Source of the DNA: Massalongia carnosa | Lineage: Eukaryota | Assembly (NCBI GenBank): GCA_965645245.1 | Contig: OZ287072.1 | Span: 1,736,001-1,800,000, forward strand | Direction: 5' to 3' | Length of the DNA stretch: 64,000 nt | Part shown: in pieces, positions 51,801-63,100 of the stretch | Layout: every line of letters begins with the position of its first letter | Position numbering within the stretch: the first letter of the stretch is position 1 | Notes under the pieces: generated by a model | What the model saw: the letters and a program-made list of their open reading frames with translations, nothing else | What the model was told of the DNA's origin: nothing | The model's database searches: none | Made by a program: the position numbers and the translations under genes

Positions 51801-52760
51801 ATTCCAATCGGCTTTATTGCAATTATATTTATTCTGTAATGCGGTTGCATGTGACGTCAAATTCTTGAAAGATGCGATTAGGTCAAATCGGATGACTTCA
51901 TGATCTGAACCTGTGATTGCGTTTTCATCGATTGCCCAGTTTGTAATTGCATTTTCGATTTTAGAATTTGCAAATGTTAAATCAATAACAGATGATGAAC
52001 TTCCAGAATAGGCGTAGAATGTGCATAAATCAGGTGTGTTTATCAAATTACATTTGTTTATTTTCAACCATTTGACTAAATTTTCTGATCGAATTGCGTG
52101 TTGAGTTTTTGAATTCCACCAGTTATGATGTGCATTGAAATCTCCACAAATAACGAATTGATCAGTTGATGTAGGTTGATATTTGATTAAAAGTCGATCG
52201 GTCGTGTATGTTTCTCGATCATTTTGACTTTTTTCGTTATAAATATTAATAATCTGCACTTTTCGAACTTCATCAATTGTAATTTCAATAATTTGCATAT
52301 CGGAATCGTCAATAAGATCCGTTCTAGGCGTGCATTGCAGTTTGGGATTGCATTTTGTGACAAATATAGCTTCTATCGAGCGATAAGTCGCTATTTTCGG
52401 CATAATGCATGTAAATGACGGATGTGATATTGTTTTTTGATCTCGTGTCCATGGTTCCTGAAACAAAACAATATTAATTTAATTTGATAAAGCATATTCC
52501 ACACACGAAGTCATTGCATTCGTTGACCTTCTACAGTTGTGTTGAATAAATTTGACATTGTGAGTATTTTCTATATTTGCCAACGAATGCTGTCCTGCCA
52601 TTATAAGGCGGATAATTCGTTAGCCGATTTTCGTGCATTTTATGCAGTAAACATTTCACAATGTTCATCATTTGATTGATGATTTTTATTGCAGTTTGCA
52701 CATTTCAAAACAACGTGTGCACACGCAATTATCGATTATTGTGTTATACATTCATGATTA
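48823..52760 (-). mobile_element. C-like LINE from the ORF1 zinc knuckles to poly-T; degenerate ORF2 with a ~0.47-kb internal deletion near 51745
   Basis: ORFs 49062-52466; ESKVQ joined to SENDD; ORF1 end ELSAL* at ~52601. Confidence 0.88.
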
Positions 52761-52788
52761 TGAATGCAAAACATGCAAATCAAAAGAA

Positions 52789-55168
52789 CAAGGACCAAAG
52801 ACTACCTATCGAAACACAAGTATCGCAACTTTTGATACTCTATAACTTTCACAGTCAATTGAACATCTCTTTCTTAGTCATTTGAGCTCCTCCAGAGCAA
52901 AAACGGACTAAGATTAAGTGTAGGAGAGCTCTAGCAAAGCTCCAGCAGAGATATTCTGTTGGTCGCACGCGAAAGACGCGATAAAGCGCGCTCAAGAAGG
53001 TATAAAAAACAACAAATACTACCAATATCACCAAAAATCGCTCTTTTTTCTCACTTTCTTCTTTTCTGTTGCCGCATTACCCTCAATTATTACTACAAGA
53101 ATTATCTACAAAAAACATCTACTGTCGCGGTACTGTACAACAACTGTCGCGACGACCAACTTTTTTGAAGTTTATTTCTCATTTAAGGTTACGGGAACTT
53201 CCGCAAGCACAAATTTTCACAGTATATTTCACGTATAATTTCTGCATATTACCATTTTTGGCTTTATCGATCTTCATTTAACTGCCGGTCAACAGATCAC
53301 TGAAAAGAAGGGGAAAACGTCTGGAATAGGATTATACCAAAGATCCTATTTCAGATTAATCAGAATAGGAAGTCTTTTATTATCTTACTTTGCCTTAGAT
53401 CATTTTTATCGTAAAAAAGCAAAAAAAACTTTCATTATTTTCAACTATTGTAGTCGCTGGTAAAGGGTTAAATAAGATTTACTGCCTAAGCGAGGAACGG
53501 TCTATTTATACCCGATTAGGATTTATTTGACGAGTTATTGTCATATAAATAGGGATAGGAAAGCAAGAGTCCTTAGACCTGTAAATTGGTGTAAATTTCT
53601 ATTCTGATTAGTACGTCCGGGGAACATCAGAATAAATTATTTGGTGGTGATAAAAGGGATATTGAAAAGGCATATCGATTTATTTATTAAATCATGTTCA
53701 ATCCGGTACTCCCTAGGACTCGACGAATTATATCGAGAGCCTCCCCGGGAACACCCCTGAGCACTCCTCAAAACCCTCCCCAAATGGAATCTCCGGGGCT
53801 CTCGTCAGTAGGACTTATAGAAAAATCGCCTGTACTTGACGAGCCTATGGATCAATCACATGAATATTCCTCCGCCCCGACTACGCCGACCCCAAAAGCA
53901 ACCAAATTCCTATCTGTACAATTTACTACCAATCTACCCATGCCATCGTTAAATTCTAATATAGAATTAAGCCCGCCTATCAAACGTAACAAACGAAAAA
54001 CATTCGACGAACGAGTAGAGGAATGCCAAGAAGCAATCAATCGAGCACAATCGATTGGATTACTCAAAACGGCTAAAACCGCGTTATTGAAGTCATTTGT
54101 CTTAGATCAAAACCCAGAAACAGCAATAGTCATTGATAATTTCACTTCCTTATTGACAAAAAAATCAATTAATATATTAACAACGCTAGACATGATAAAT
54201 TGGAAATTGGACAAGGTAATTGATCAGACTAGTAATCGAACCTCAGAAACAACGCGAAAATCGACTCGGGTTCAACAAGTCAATATGACTGAAAATCCAA
54301 ATAAAGTCGTCAACACGAACGCACGAAAAGAAACCGCCGGGGTTACGAGTACAAAGGTCAATAACACGCCTCCATCCTGGAGTCAAATGCTTGGAAAAGC
54401 AACTGCGAATTCCGAAAATTGGACCACTGTTTCCAGATCGAAAAGTTCGAGTCAAACCTCGAATAAATTCGACAAAACCGACGAATTAAATGCAATCAAA
54501 CTCAGACGACTGATAATTACACCAAAAATTCAAATCGACGATATCAACTCATTGAAACTTCGAGATCAAATCAACGCGCAATTCAGCAATGCGAAGTTAG
54601 ATATCGTAATCAACACGGTCGAAAAATCGAAAACCGGTCAGAATATCGTTCTCACTACTAGTTCGAAAAACACTGCTGCAGAATTGTTGGAAAACAAATC
54701 TATATGGGAACATATGTTCGATGCCCAAAGAATTCGAAAAGACGAATCCTGATTTAAAGTGATCGCACATGGAGTAAATATTGCAACGTTTGATCAAAAT
54801 ATGCAATATTTGCAAAATGAAATACAGAAATTCAACCTTAACATGGAATTATGCGATTTACCCAGATGGCTAGCGCGAGACCGCGAAAATAAAGTCAATT
54901 CTTCGGTCGTTTTGACTTTTAACGATCGAAATCAGGCCTTAAACGCGTTAAAAGGCGTAAATATCGCGGGAAAACACTGTGACACGGAAATATTTACTTC
55001 CGTTCGTCCGAATGCTCAATGTATTAATTGTCAAAAATTCAGACACAAGCATTATCAGTGTCGAAACAAATCAAAATGCAATATTTGTGCACAAAATCAT
55101 GAAACACGTAATCATGAATGCATAACATGCAAATCGAAAACTGCATATTCACACGTTGTTGTGAAATG
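52789..55168 (+). mobile_element. Subfamily C 5'UTR and ORF1 (53694-55168, one stop), ending at HVVVK
   Basis: Matches the reverse complement of ~39422-41788. Confidence 0.9.
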
Positions 55169-55192
55169 ACATTTTCTAGCACGCAGAGCGCC

Positions 55193-57613
55193 CAAAAGGC
55201 AACCCCCAAAACATCGGTACCCTATATTTTGATATACTGAAACTTTCCCAATTTATTCTCCTCATTCTTCTCATTCATTTGAGCCTACCAGAAGCTAAAA
55301 CCCATCAGAATTAGGTACAGGAGAGCTCTTCCACTGCTCCTGTAGAGTTTTCCTCGCGGTCTGTCCGCCCCTTCACCAAAAAGCACGTCCAAAAAATCTA
55401 AAAAACACAAAAACACCAATAACAACGTCAAAAATCGCTCGATTTTCGATATTTCTTCGGCTTAATTGTCGCATAGATCTCATCTATTATCACAAAAATT
55501 ATCTACAAAATATCATCACTGTCGCGTAACTGTACAACCTGTTCTCGAGACAACAAAACTTGTTGGTGTTCATTTGAAATTTAAGGTTACCGGTACCGTA
55601 TACACTATTCCATTTTGGGTTTTTTCGATTTTCGTTGAACTGCCGACTAATAATCTGCTGAAACGAAGGGTAAAAACGTCTGAAATAGGGTTAAACCAAA
55701 GGCCCTGTTTCAGGCTAACCAGAATAGGAAGTCTCCTACTCTCTCATTGTACTTGATTTTTATTTCTGAATCAAAAACATTTTTTAAAAAAAAATTTTTC
55801 TGTTCGATCGTAAAATTCTTATTATATTCCAAATATCGTAGTGTCAAGGTAAAGAGTTAAATAAGATCTATTGCCTAAGCGAGGAACGGTCTATTTTAAC
55901 TCGACTAGGATTTATTTGACTTGTTATTGTCAAATAAATAGGGTTTGGAAAGCAAGAGTCTTTAGACCAGTAAATCGGCGTAAAAACTCTCTATTCTGAC
56001 TATTACGTCCGGGGAATGTCAGAATAAACTATTTGGTGGCGATAAAGGGGATATAGTAAAGGCAACATCGATTTATTTATAAAATCATGTTTAACGCGGT
56101 AATGAACCGCCGGAATATACCAAGGACACCATCCCCAGCCGGTCCCGCCCCCCTATCGACCCCCTACCCGGTCCCCCCCCGACACTCCCCCGGACCATCT
56201 CAGGTGGCGTTGATAGGGAGCTCTCCCCGTCTTGAACCTATGGATCAAACTCGCGAATATGCATCAGCCCCGTCAACACCGACACCAAAGGCAACGAAAT
56301 TCCCATCGGGTCCATTTTCCACTATCTTGCCGATGCATTCATTGAACTTAAACATTGGATCAAGCCCACCAATCAAACGAAATAAAAGACGCACATTTGA
56401 CGAACATTCGAGAGATAGCCAAGAAGCGATCAATCGGGCAAATTCAATTAAGCTTCTAAAGTCGGCCAAAAAAGCATTATTGCAATCATTTGTACTCGAC
56501 CAAAATCCACAAACGGCTATCGTAATTGACAACGTTAATTCGTTGATTTCGAAAAAATCAATCAATTTACAAACATCCTTAGATATGATTAACTATAAAA
56601 TGGGCATAGTACTTGATCAAACTAGTCATCTTTCCTCAAAAACGTCACAACAACAAACGAATCCACTACAGAATGGTCCAAAAATCCAAAAAACCTGTTG
56701 TTAAATTGAACGAAAATTGAATTATCGAAAATCAGACTATTCGCAAAGGAGCCACCGGGGTCTCTGGTAACAATGTTAGCACAACCGGTACATGGAGTCA
56801 AATGCTTGGAAAAGCAACCGAAAACTCCGAAAATTGGACTACTATTCAAAGGAAAAGTTCGAATCATAATTCGAACAAAGTCGATCGATTTGATGCAATC
56901 AAGGCCAGACGACTCGTAATTTCACCGAAAAATCCTGACACTCGAATCGACTCTATGAAGCTGCGTGATCAAATTAACGAGCTATTAAAAAACGCAAATT
57001 TAAACATCATCGTCAATACTGTTGGAAAGTCCAAAATCGGTCAGAATATCGTTCTCACCACTAGCCCTGACAACAATGCCGAAGAATTGTTGAAAAATAA
57101 ATCTTCATGGGAACACATTTTCGAATCACAAAGAATTCGAAAAGACGAATCCTGGTTTAAAGTCATAGCACACGGAGTAAATATCTCGTTATTCGATAAT
57201 AACATGCAATATTTGCAAACCGAAATCGAAAAATACAATTCGAATATGCAACTATGCGATTTACCAAGATGGCTTGCTCGGGATCGTCAAAACAAAGTCA
57301 CGTCGTCGGTAGTTTTGACTTTCAATAATCAAAATCAAGCGTCAAACGCGTTAAGAGGCGTGAATATCGCGGGTAGACATTGTGACACGGAAATATTTGC
57401 TTACGTTCGTCCAAACACGCAATGTATTAATTGTCAGAAATTTGGACATAAGCATTATCAATGCAAAATTCCGGCAAAATGCAATATATGCGCACAAGTC
57501 ATGAAACGCATAATCATGAATGCAGAACATGCAAGTCTAAAATCGCATGCGCACATGCTATTCTGAAATGCGTCAATTGCAACAAAAATCATCAATCGAA
57601 CGATGTAGGTTGC
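55193..57613 (+). mobile_element. Subfamily A 5'UTR and ORF1 (from 56087, disrupted), ending at SNDVGC
   Basis: Matches 31992-34310 and the reverse complement of 46150-48409. Confidence 0.9.
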
Positions 57614-57652
57614 CTCTCTATCCCAGTTTTCAGTATTGCACGCCTGAACAAC

Positions 57653-58529
57653 AAGAAACACAAGTACCGCAACTTTTGATACACTATAACTTTAACAGTC
57701 AATTGAGCCTCTATTTCTCAGTCATTTGCGCTCCTCCAGAGTTAAAACGCTCTCAGATTGAGTGTAGGAGAGCTCTAGCAAAGCTCCAGCAGAGTTTTTC
57801 TGCTGGTCGCACGCGACCGACGTGATAAAGCGCGCTCTAGAAGTTGGAAAAAACAACAAATACCAACAACCTCACCAAAAATCGCTCTTTTTTCTTGTTT
57901 TCTTCTGTTCTGTTGTCGCATGACCTTCAATTATTACTATAAAAATTATCTACAAAAATTATCTACTCTCGCGGGACTGAACAACAACTGTCGCGACGTC
58001 AGAGTCTTCTAAAGTTCATTCCTCATTTAAGGTTACGGGAACTTCCGCAAGCACAAATTTTCATAGCATATTTCACGTATAATTTTTGCACATTCCGTTT
58101 TCGGCTTTATACATCTTCGTTGAACGGCCGGTCAACAGATCACTGAAAAGAAGGGGAAAAACGTCTGGAATAGGATTATACCAAAGGTCCTGTTTCAGAT
58201 TAATCAGAATAGGAAGTCTCCTATTGTCTTACATTGCATTAAAATTTATCTTTATTGAAAAAAGCAAAAAAAAACTTTCATTATTTTCACCTATTGTAGT
58301 ATCTGGTAAAGGGTTAAATAAGACTTACTGCCTTAGCGAGGAACGGTCTATTTTAACCCGATTAGGATTTATTTGACGCGTTATAGTCAAATAAATAGGG
58401 ACAGGAAAGAAAGAGTCATTTGACCAGTAAACAAACAGGTGTAAATTCTATTCTGACTAGTACGTCCGGGGAAAGTCAGAATAAATTATTTGGTGGCGAT
58501 AAAAGGGATATTGCAAAGGCAAAAACACT
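57653..58529 (+). promoter_or_regulatory. LINE 5'UTR (presumed internal promoter / structured leader); homologues at 15396-16268, 19780-20665, 31992-32887, 40897-41788(-), 47676-48409(-), 52789-53693, 55193-56086
   Basis: Conserved non-coding block upstream of every ORF1, containing inverted repeats. Promoter function is inferred from LINE biology, not seen directly. Confidence 0.6.
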
Positions 58530-60188
58530 ATGCTCAATCGAAGATTTAACCCGATAGGTCATAGACCAAATCGATTGATACCAACAACTCCTCCCCTAGG
58601 CCCCCCTCCACAACATCTATGGGTCCCCCCGAGTACTCCCCCGTGCCCCCCCCGAACCGACTCCCCCACGCCATCTTCGGTAGCGATAATTGGGAGCAAC
58701 CCCCTAACCGTAGAATCCACGGAGGCCATGGACCAAACGCGAGAATTTTCGTCCGCACCTTCCACACCCACTCCAAAAACGAAACCTTTTGTCGCGCCAT
58801 CTTGTGAATTCAGTACCAATCTGCCCATGCCATCATTGAATTCTGATATTCGACTGAGTCCACCAATTAAACGCAACAAAAGACGAACATTTGACGAACA
58901 TTCGATTGAGAGTCAAGAAGTCATCAATCGATCAAAATCGATTCAACTATTGAATACGGCAAAAAATGCATTATTAGAGTCATTCGTAATAGATCAAAAC
59001 CCCGAAACGGCTATGGTCATCGATCACGTCAATTCTCTACTGGCAAAGAAATCGATCAAGCCAAAAGCAACGTTAGAAATGATTGATTGGAAATTGAATA
59101 GGGTGCTAGAACAAACTAGCCAAATTCCAGATACAAAGAGACAATCGGTGCATCCTATACAGACAAAATCGAAGGGAAATTCAAATGGAAATTCGAATTT
59201 GACTCAAAACGTCAACCCAGAAATTCGGAGCGAAACCGCCGGAGTCCCAGGGCCGCAGGTCAACGATACAGCTAGAACATGGAGCCAAATGCTCGGAAAA
59301 GCGACTGTCAATTCCGAAAATTGGACTACCGTTCCTCGATCCAAAAAAACAAACAACAACAACAACAATAATTCGAATGCGAACAAATTCGATAATACTG
59401 ACGATTTCAAGGCGATCAAATCTCGACGATTGATAATCACACCGAAAGCTCAAATCGGCGATATCGATTCACTGTTGCTTCGAAACCAAATCAATTCGCT
59501 TTTTAAAGACGCGAAATTGACTATCGTTGTTAACACGGTCGAAAAGTCCAAAACGGGTCAAAACATCGTTCTGACTACTAGTCCTGATAACACTGCTGAA
59601 GATTTATTGAACAATAAATCAATATGGGAGCATTTATTCGACCCACGAACAGTTCGAAAGGACGAATCGTGGTTCAAAGTCGTCGCACACGGTGTAAATA
59701 TTGCAACATTTGATGAAAACATGCAATATTTGCAAGACGAAATTCAAAAGTTCAATTCGAACATGCAATTATGCGATGTTCCCAGATGGCTAGCACGTGA
59801 TCGTCATAACAAGATCAAATCATCCGTTGTTTTGACATTCAATGATCGAAATATGGCCTTGAACGCGTTAAAAGGAGTCAATATCGCGGGCCGACATTGT
59901 GACACGGAAATATTTACCTCCGTTCGTCCAAACACACAATGCATTAATTGTCAAAAATTTGGACACAAGCATTATCAATGCAAAAGTCAAGCGAAATGCA
60001 GCATATGTGCGCAAAACCATGAAACACGCAATCATGAATGCACAACATGCAAGTCAAAAATTGCTTGTGCACACGCCGTCGTCAAATGCGCGAATTGCAA
60101 CAAGAATCATCAATCCAATGATGAAAATTGTGAAATGGTTATATCGTTAAATTTTCGAAAATCGACTGACGAATTAGCCGCTTTGTAA
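58530..60188 (+). CDS. ORF1 gag-like protein, subfamily B, 552 aa
   Basis: Intact frame with a Pro-rich N-terminus, poly-Asn tract, Cys/His knuckles and TAATG overlap. Confidence 0.92.
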   Translation: MLNRRFNPIGHRPNRLIPTTPPLGPPPQHLWVPPSTPPCPPRTDSPTPSSVAIIGSNPLTVESTEAMDQTREFSSAPSTPTPKTKPFVAPSCEFSTNLPMPSLNSDIRLSPPIKRNKRRTFDEHSIESQEVINRSKSIQLLNTAKNALLESFVIDQNPETAMVIDHVNSLLAKKSIKPKATLEMIDWKLNRVLEQTSQIPDTKRQSVHPIQTKSKGNSNGNSNLTQNVNPEIRSETAGVPGPQVNDTARTWSQMLGKATVNSENWTTVPRSKKTNNNNNNNSNANKFDNTDDFKAIKSRRLIITPKAQIGDIDSLLLRNQINSLFKDAKLTIVVNTVEKSKTGQNIVLTTSPDNTAEDLLNNKSIWEHLFDPRTVRKDESWFKVVAHGVNIATFDENMQYLQDEIQKFNSNMQLCDVPRWLARDRHNKIKSSVVLTFNDRNMALNALKGVNIAGRHCDTEIFTSVRPNTQCINCQKFGHKHYQCKSQAKCSICAQNHETRNHECTTCKSKIACAHAVVKCANCNKNHQSNDENCEMVISLNFRKSTDELAAL

Positions 60189-63100
60189 TGGCAGGACAGC
60201 ATTCGTTGACAAACATCGAAAATACACAAAATGTTAAATTTATTCAACATAATTGTGCAAAGTCAACGAATGCAATGATATCGTGTTTGGAATATGCTTT
60301 ATCAAATCAAATTGATATTGTTTTGTTTCAGGAACCATGGACACGAGATCAAAAAACAATATCACATCCGTCATTTACATGTATTATGCCAAAAATAGCG
60401 ACTTATCGCTCAAGAGTAGCTATATTTGTCACAAATGGCAATTCCAAACTGCAATGCACGGCTAGAACGGATCTTATTGACTATTCCGATATGCAAATTA
60501 TTGAAATTACAATTGATGAAGTTCGAAAAGTGCAGATTTTCAATATTTATAACGAAAAAAGTCAAAGTGATCGAGAAACATACACGATCGATCGACTTTT
60601 AATCCAATTACAACCAAAATCAACTGATCAATTCGTCATCTGTGGAGATTTCAATGCACATCATAACTGGTGGAATTCGAAAATTCAACAAGCAATTCGA
60701 TCAGAAAATCTTGTCAAATGGTTGAAATTAAACAGGTGTAGCTTGATAAACACACCCGACTTATGTACATACTACGCCCATTCTGGAAGTTCTTCATCTG
60801 TTATTGATTTAACTTTTGCAAATTCTAAAATCGAAAATGCAATTACAAATTGGTCAATCGATGAAAACGCAGTCACAGTTTCTGATCATTAAGTCATCCG
60901 ATTTGAACTAATCGCATCTTTCAAAAACTTGACGTCACATGCAACCGCATTATCGAATAAATACAATTGCAATAAAGCTGATTGGAATAAATTCGCGAAG
61001 TATCTAGACGAAAATTCAACCATCTACGAATCACAAGTTCAAAGTTTTTTGAATAATCATCAATTCGACGAATCAGCGATATATTTGCAAAACGTTATCA
61101 AAAACGCGGCTGAAATGTTTATTCCGAAAACGAAAATTTGTGCAAAATCGAAAAATTGGTGGTCGCATGATTTAACTGAACTTCGAAAAACCATGTGCAG
61201 ACATCGTCGAGAATGGAAGAATTATCCGTCCGATTTTAGTCATCGGACGTTTAAACATAGTCGAATCGAGTATTTTCATGCAATTCGAAAAGCAAAACAA
61301 CAAACCTGGTTGACTTTTCTTGAAAATGCAGCAAATAAAGATGTATTTACCGCGTATAAATACACTAAACCGCGAATATTCGAAAAAATACCGCCGATTC
61401 TACATGAAAACAAGCTAAATGTTCAGTTTGATGACAAATGCGATGCATTTATGTCAGCAATGTATACAAAAAACCCATTTATTGACGATAATGAGGAAGA
61501 TTTATCAAATCAAGACAGCGTAAATGATGATAATTGGCCAGATTTGACCAAAAACGAGTTGAAAAATGCGATTAGTTTATTTAATCCGAAGAAAGCATGT
61601 GGACCTGATGCAATCAATTTTACAATTGTTCAAAAATCGTTTCAATCGTTGAAAAACGTGTTTTTCATGATTTATTCGAAATTCATTCGAATCGGTTATC
61701 ACCCGTTATGCTGGCGGACAGGACTCGGTGCAGTTCTGAAAAAACCTAATAAATCGGACTATTCGTTTCCAAAATCATATCGAATTATCACATTATTAAA
61801 TTGTCTTGGTAAAATTGCTGACAAAATCGTTGCAAATCGACTAGCCTACTTCGGCGAAAATTCGAATTTACTCGATATCGAACAGATGGGCGGACGCAAA
61901 AATCATTCTGCAATTGACGCAGTAATGAACGTTGTTCATGATATTGAAATTGCAAATAGAAATAAAAACGTCTTATCATGTTTATTACTCGATGTCAAAG
62001 GCGCATTTGACTTTGTCTAAATTAATCAACTGCTAAATGTTATGAAAAAGCTGAAATTATCTCGCATAATAATTCAATGGGTCAAGCATTTCATGACAAA
62101 GCGATCGATCAATTTGATATTTGATGAAAATTTAAGCAAAACATATTATGTCGAATCAGGAATTCCACAAGGCTCACCAATCTCGCCTATTCTATTTCTG
62201 ATTTACATTCGTCACTTGTTTCCGAAAATACGAATGAAATTTAATGCACATTCTCCCAGTTTTATTGACGATGTTGCAATATATGTCGAAAATAAAACTG
62301 CAAAACAGAATTGCAAAGAAATCGAAATCATAGTCAAAACGGCCTTTGATTGGGCCGCATCGAATAATGTCAAATTTGATGACGATAAATCCGAGCTGAT
62401 TCACTTCGAAAAGACAAGAAATGTATCGAAAGACACATTGGAATTACCAAACGGGACAGTACTAGAACCGAAAAATGTAGTCAAATGGTTGGGCGTCTGG
62501 TTAGACCGAAAACTAAATTTCAAAAAACACGTCGAAACGCGGATCTCTTCTGCGAATCGATCGTTTTTTGCAATTCAGAATTTGATGAAATCCGAATGGG
62601 GTCTGAAACCGACCGCATGCAGACAGCTCTATATGTCATGCATTATTCCTATTTCGGACTACGGCTCAGAAATTTGGTATAATGGTCAAAAGAAATATGA
62701 AAAACTATTTCAGAACCTACAAAATCAAATGATTCGAAAGATTTTAGGAACTTTCAAAACCACACCTATTCAGGCGATGGAAATTGAATCACATGTTTTA
62801 CCAGTTAAACTTCGATTATTAATGAAAAATAAAAAATACGCAATTCGATTATTGAAGATTGCCGAAAATAACCCTATTTGTCAAAGAATTCCAAACACAT
62901 ATTCGATAAAATTCGAAAATATCGGTTTTGACACAAGTTTATGGAACAACAAATATGCCGAATGGAACGAAGACGAAAAACAAACAAATAAACGACATCC
63001 TAGTCAGCTTATTCGCGTTCTTCATTCCGTTTCCGATATAGTTCACAAAACTGATGAATTTGAACAATCAAATCATTTTATTAAACCTTGGAAATCGCCT

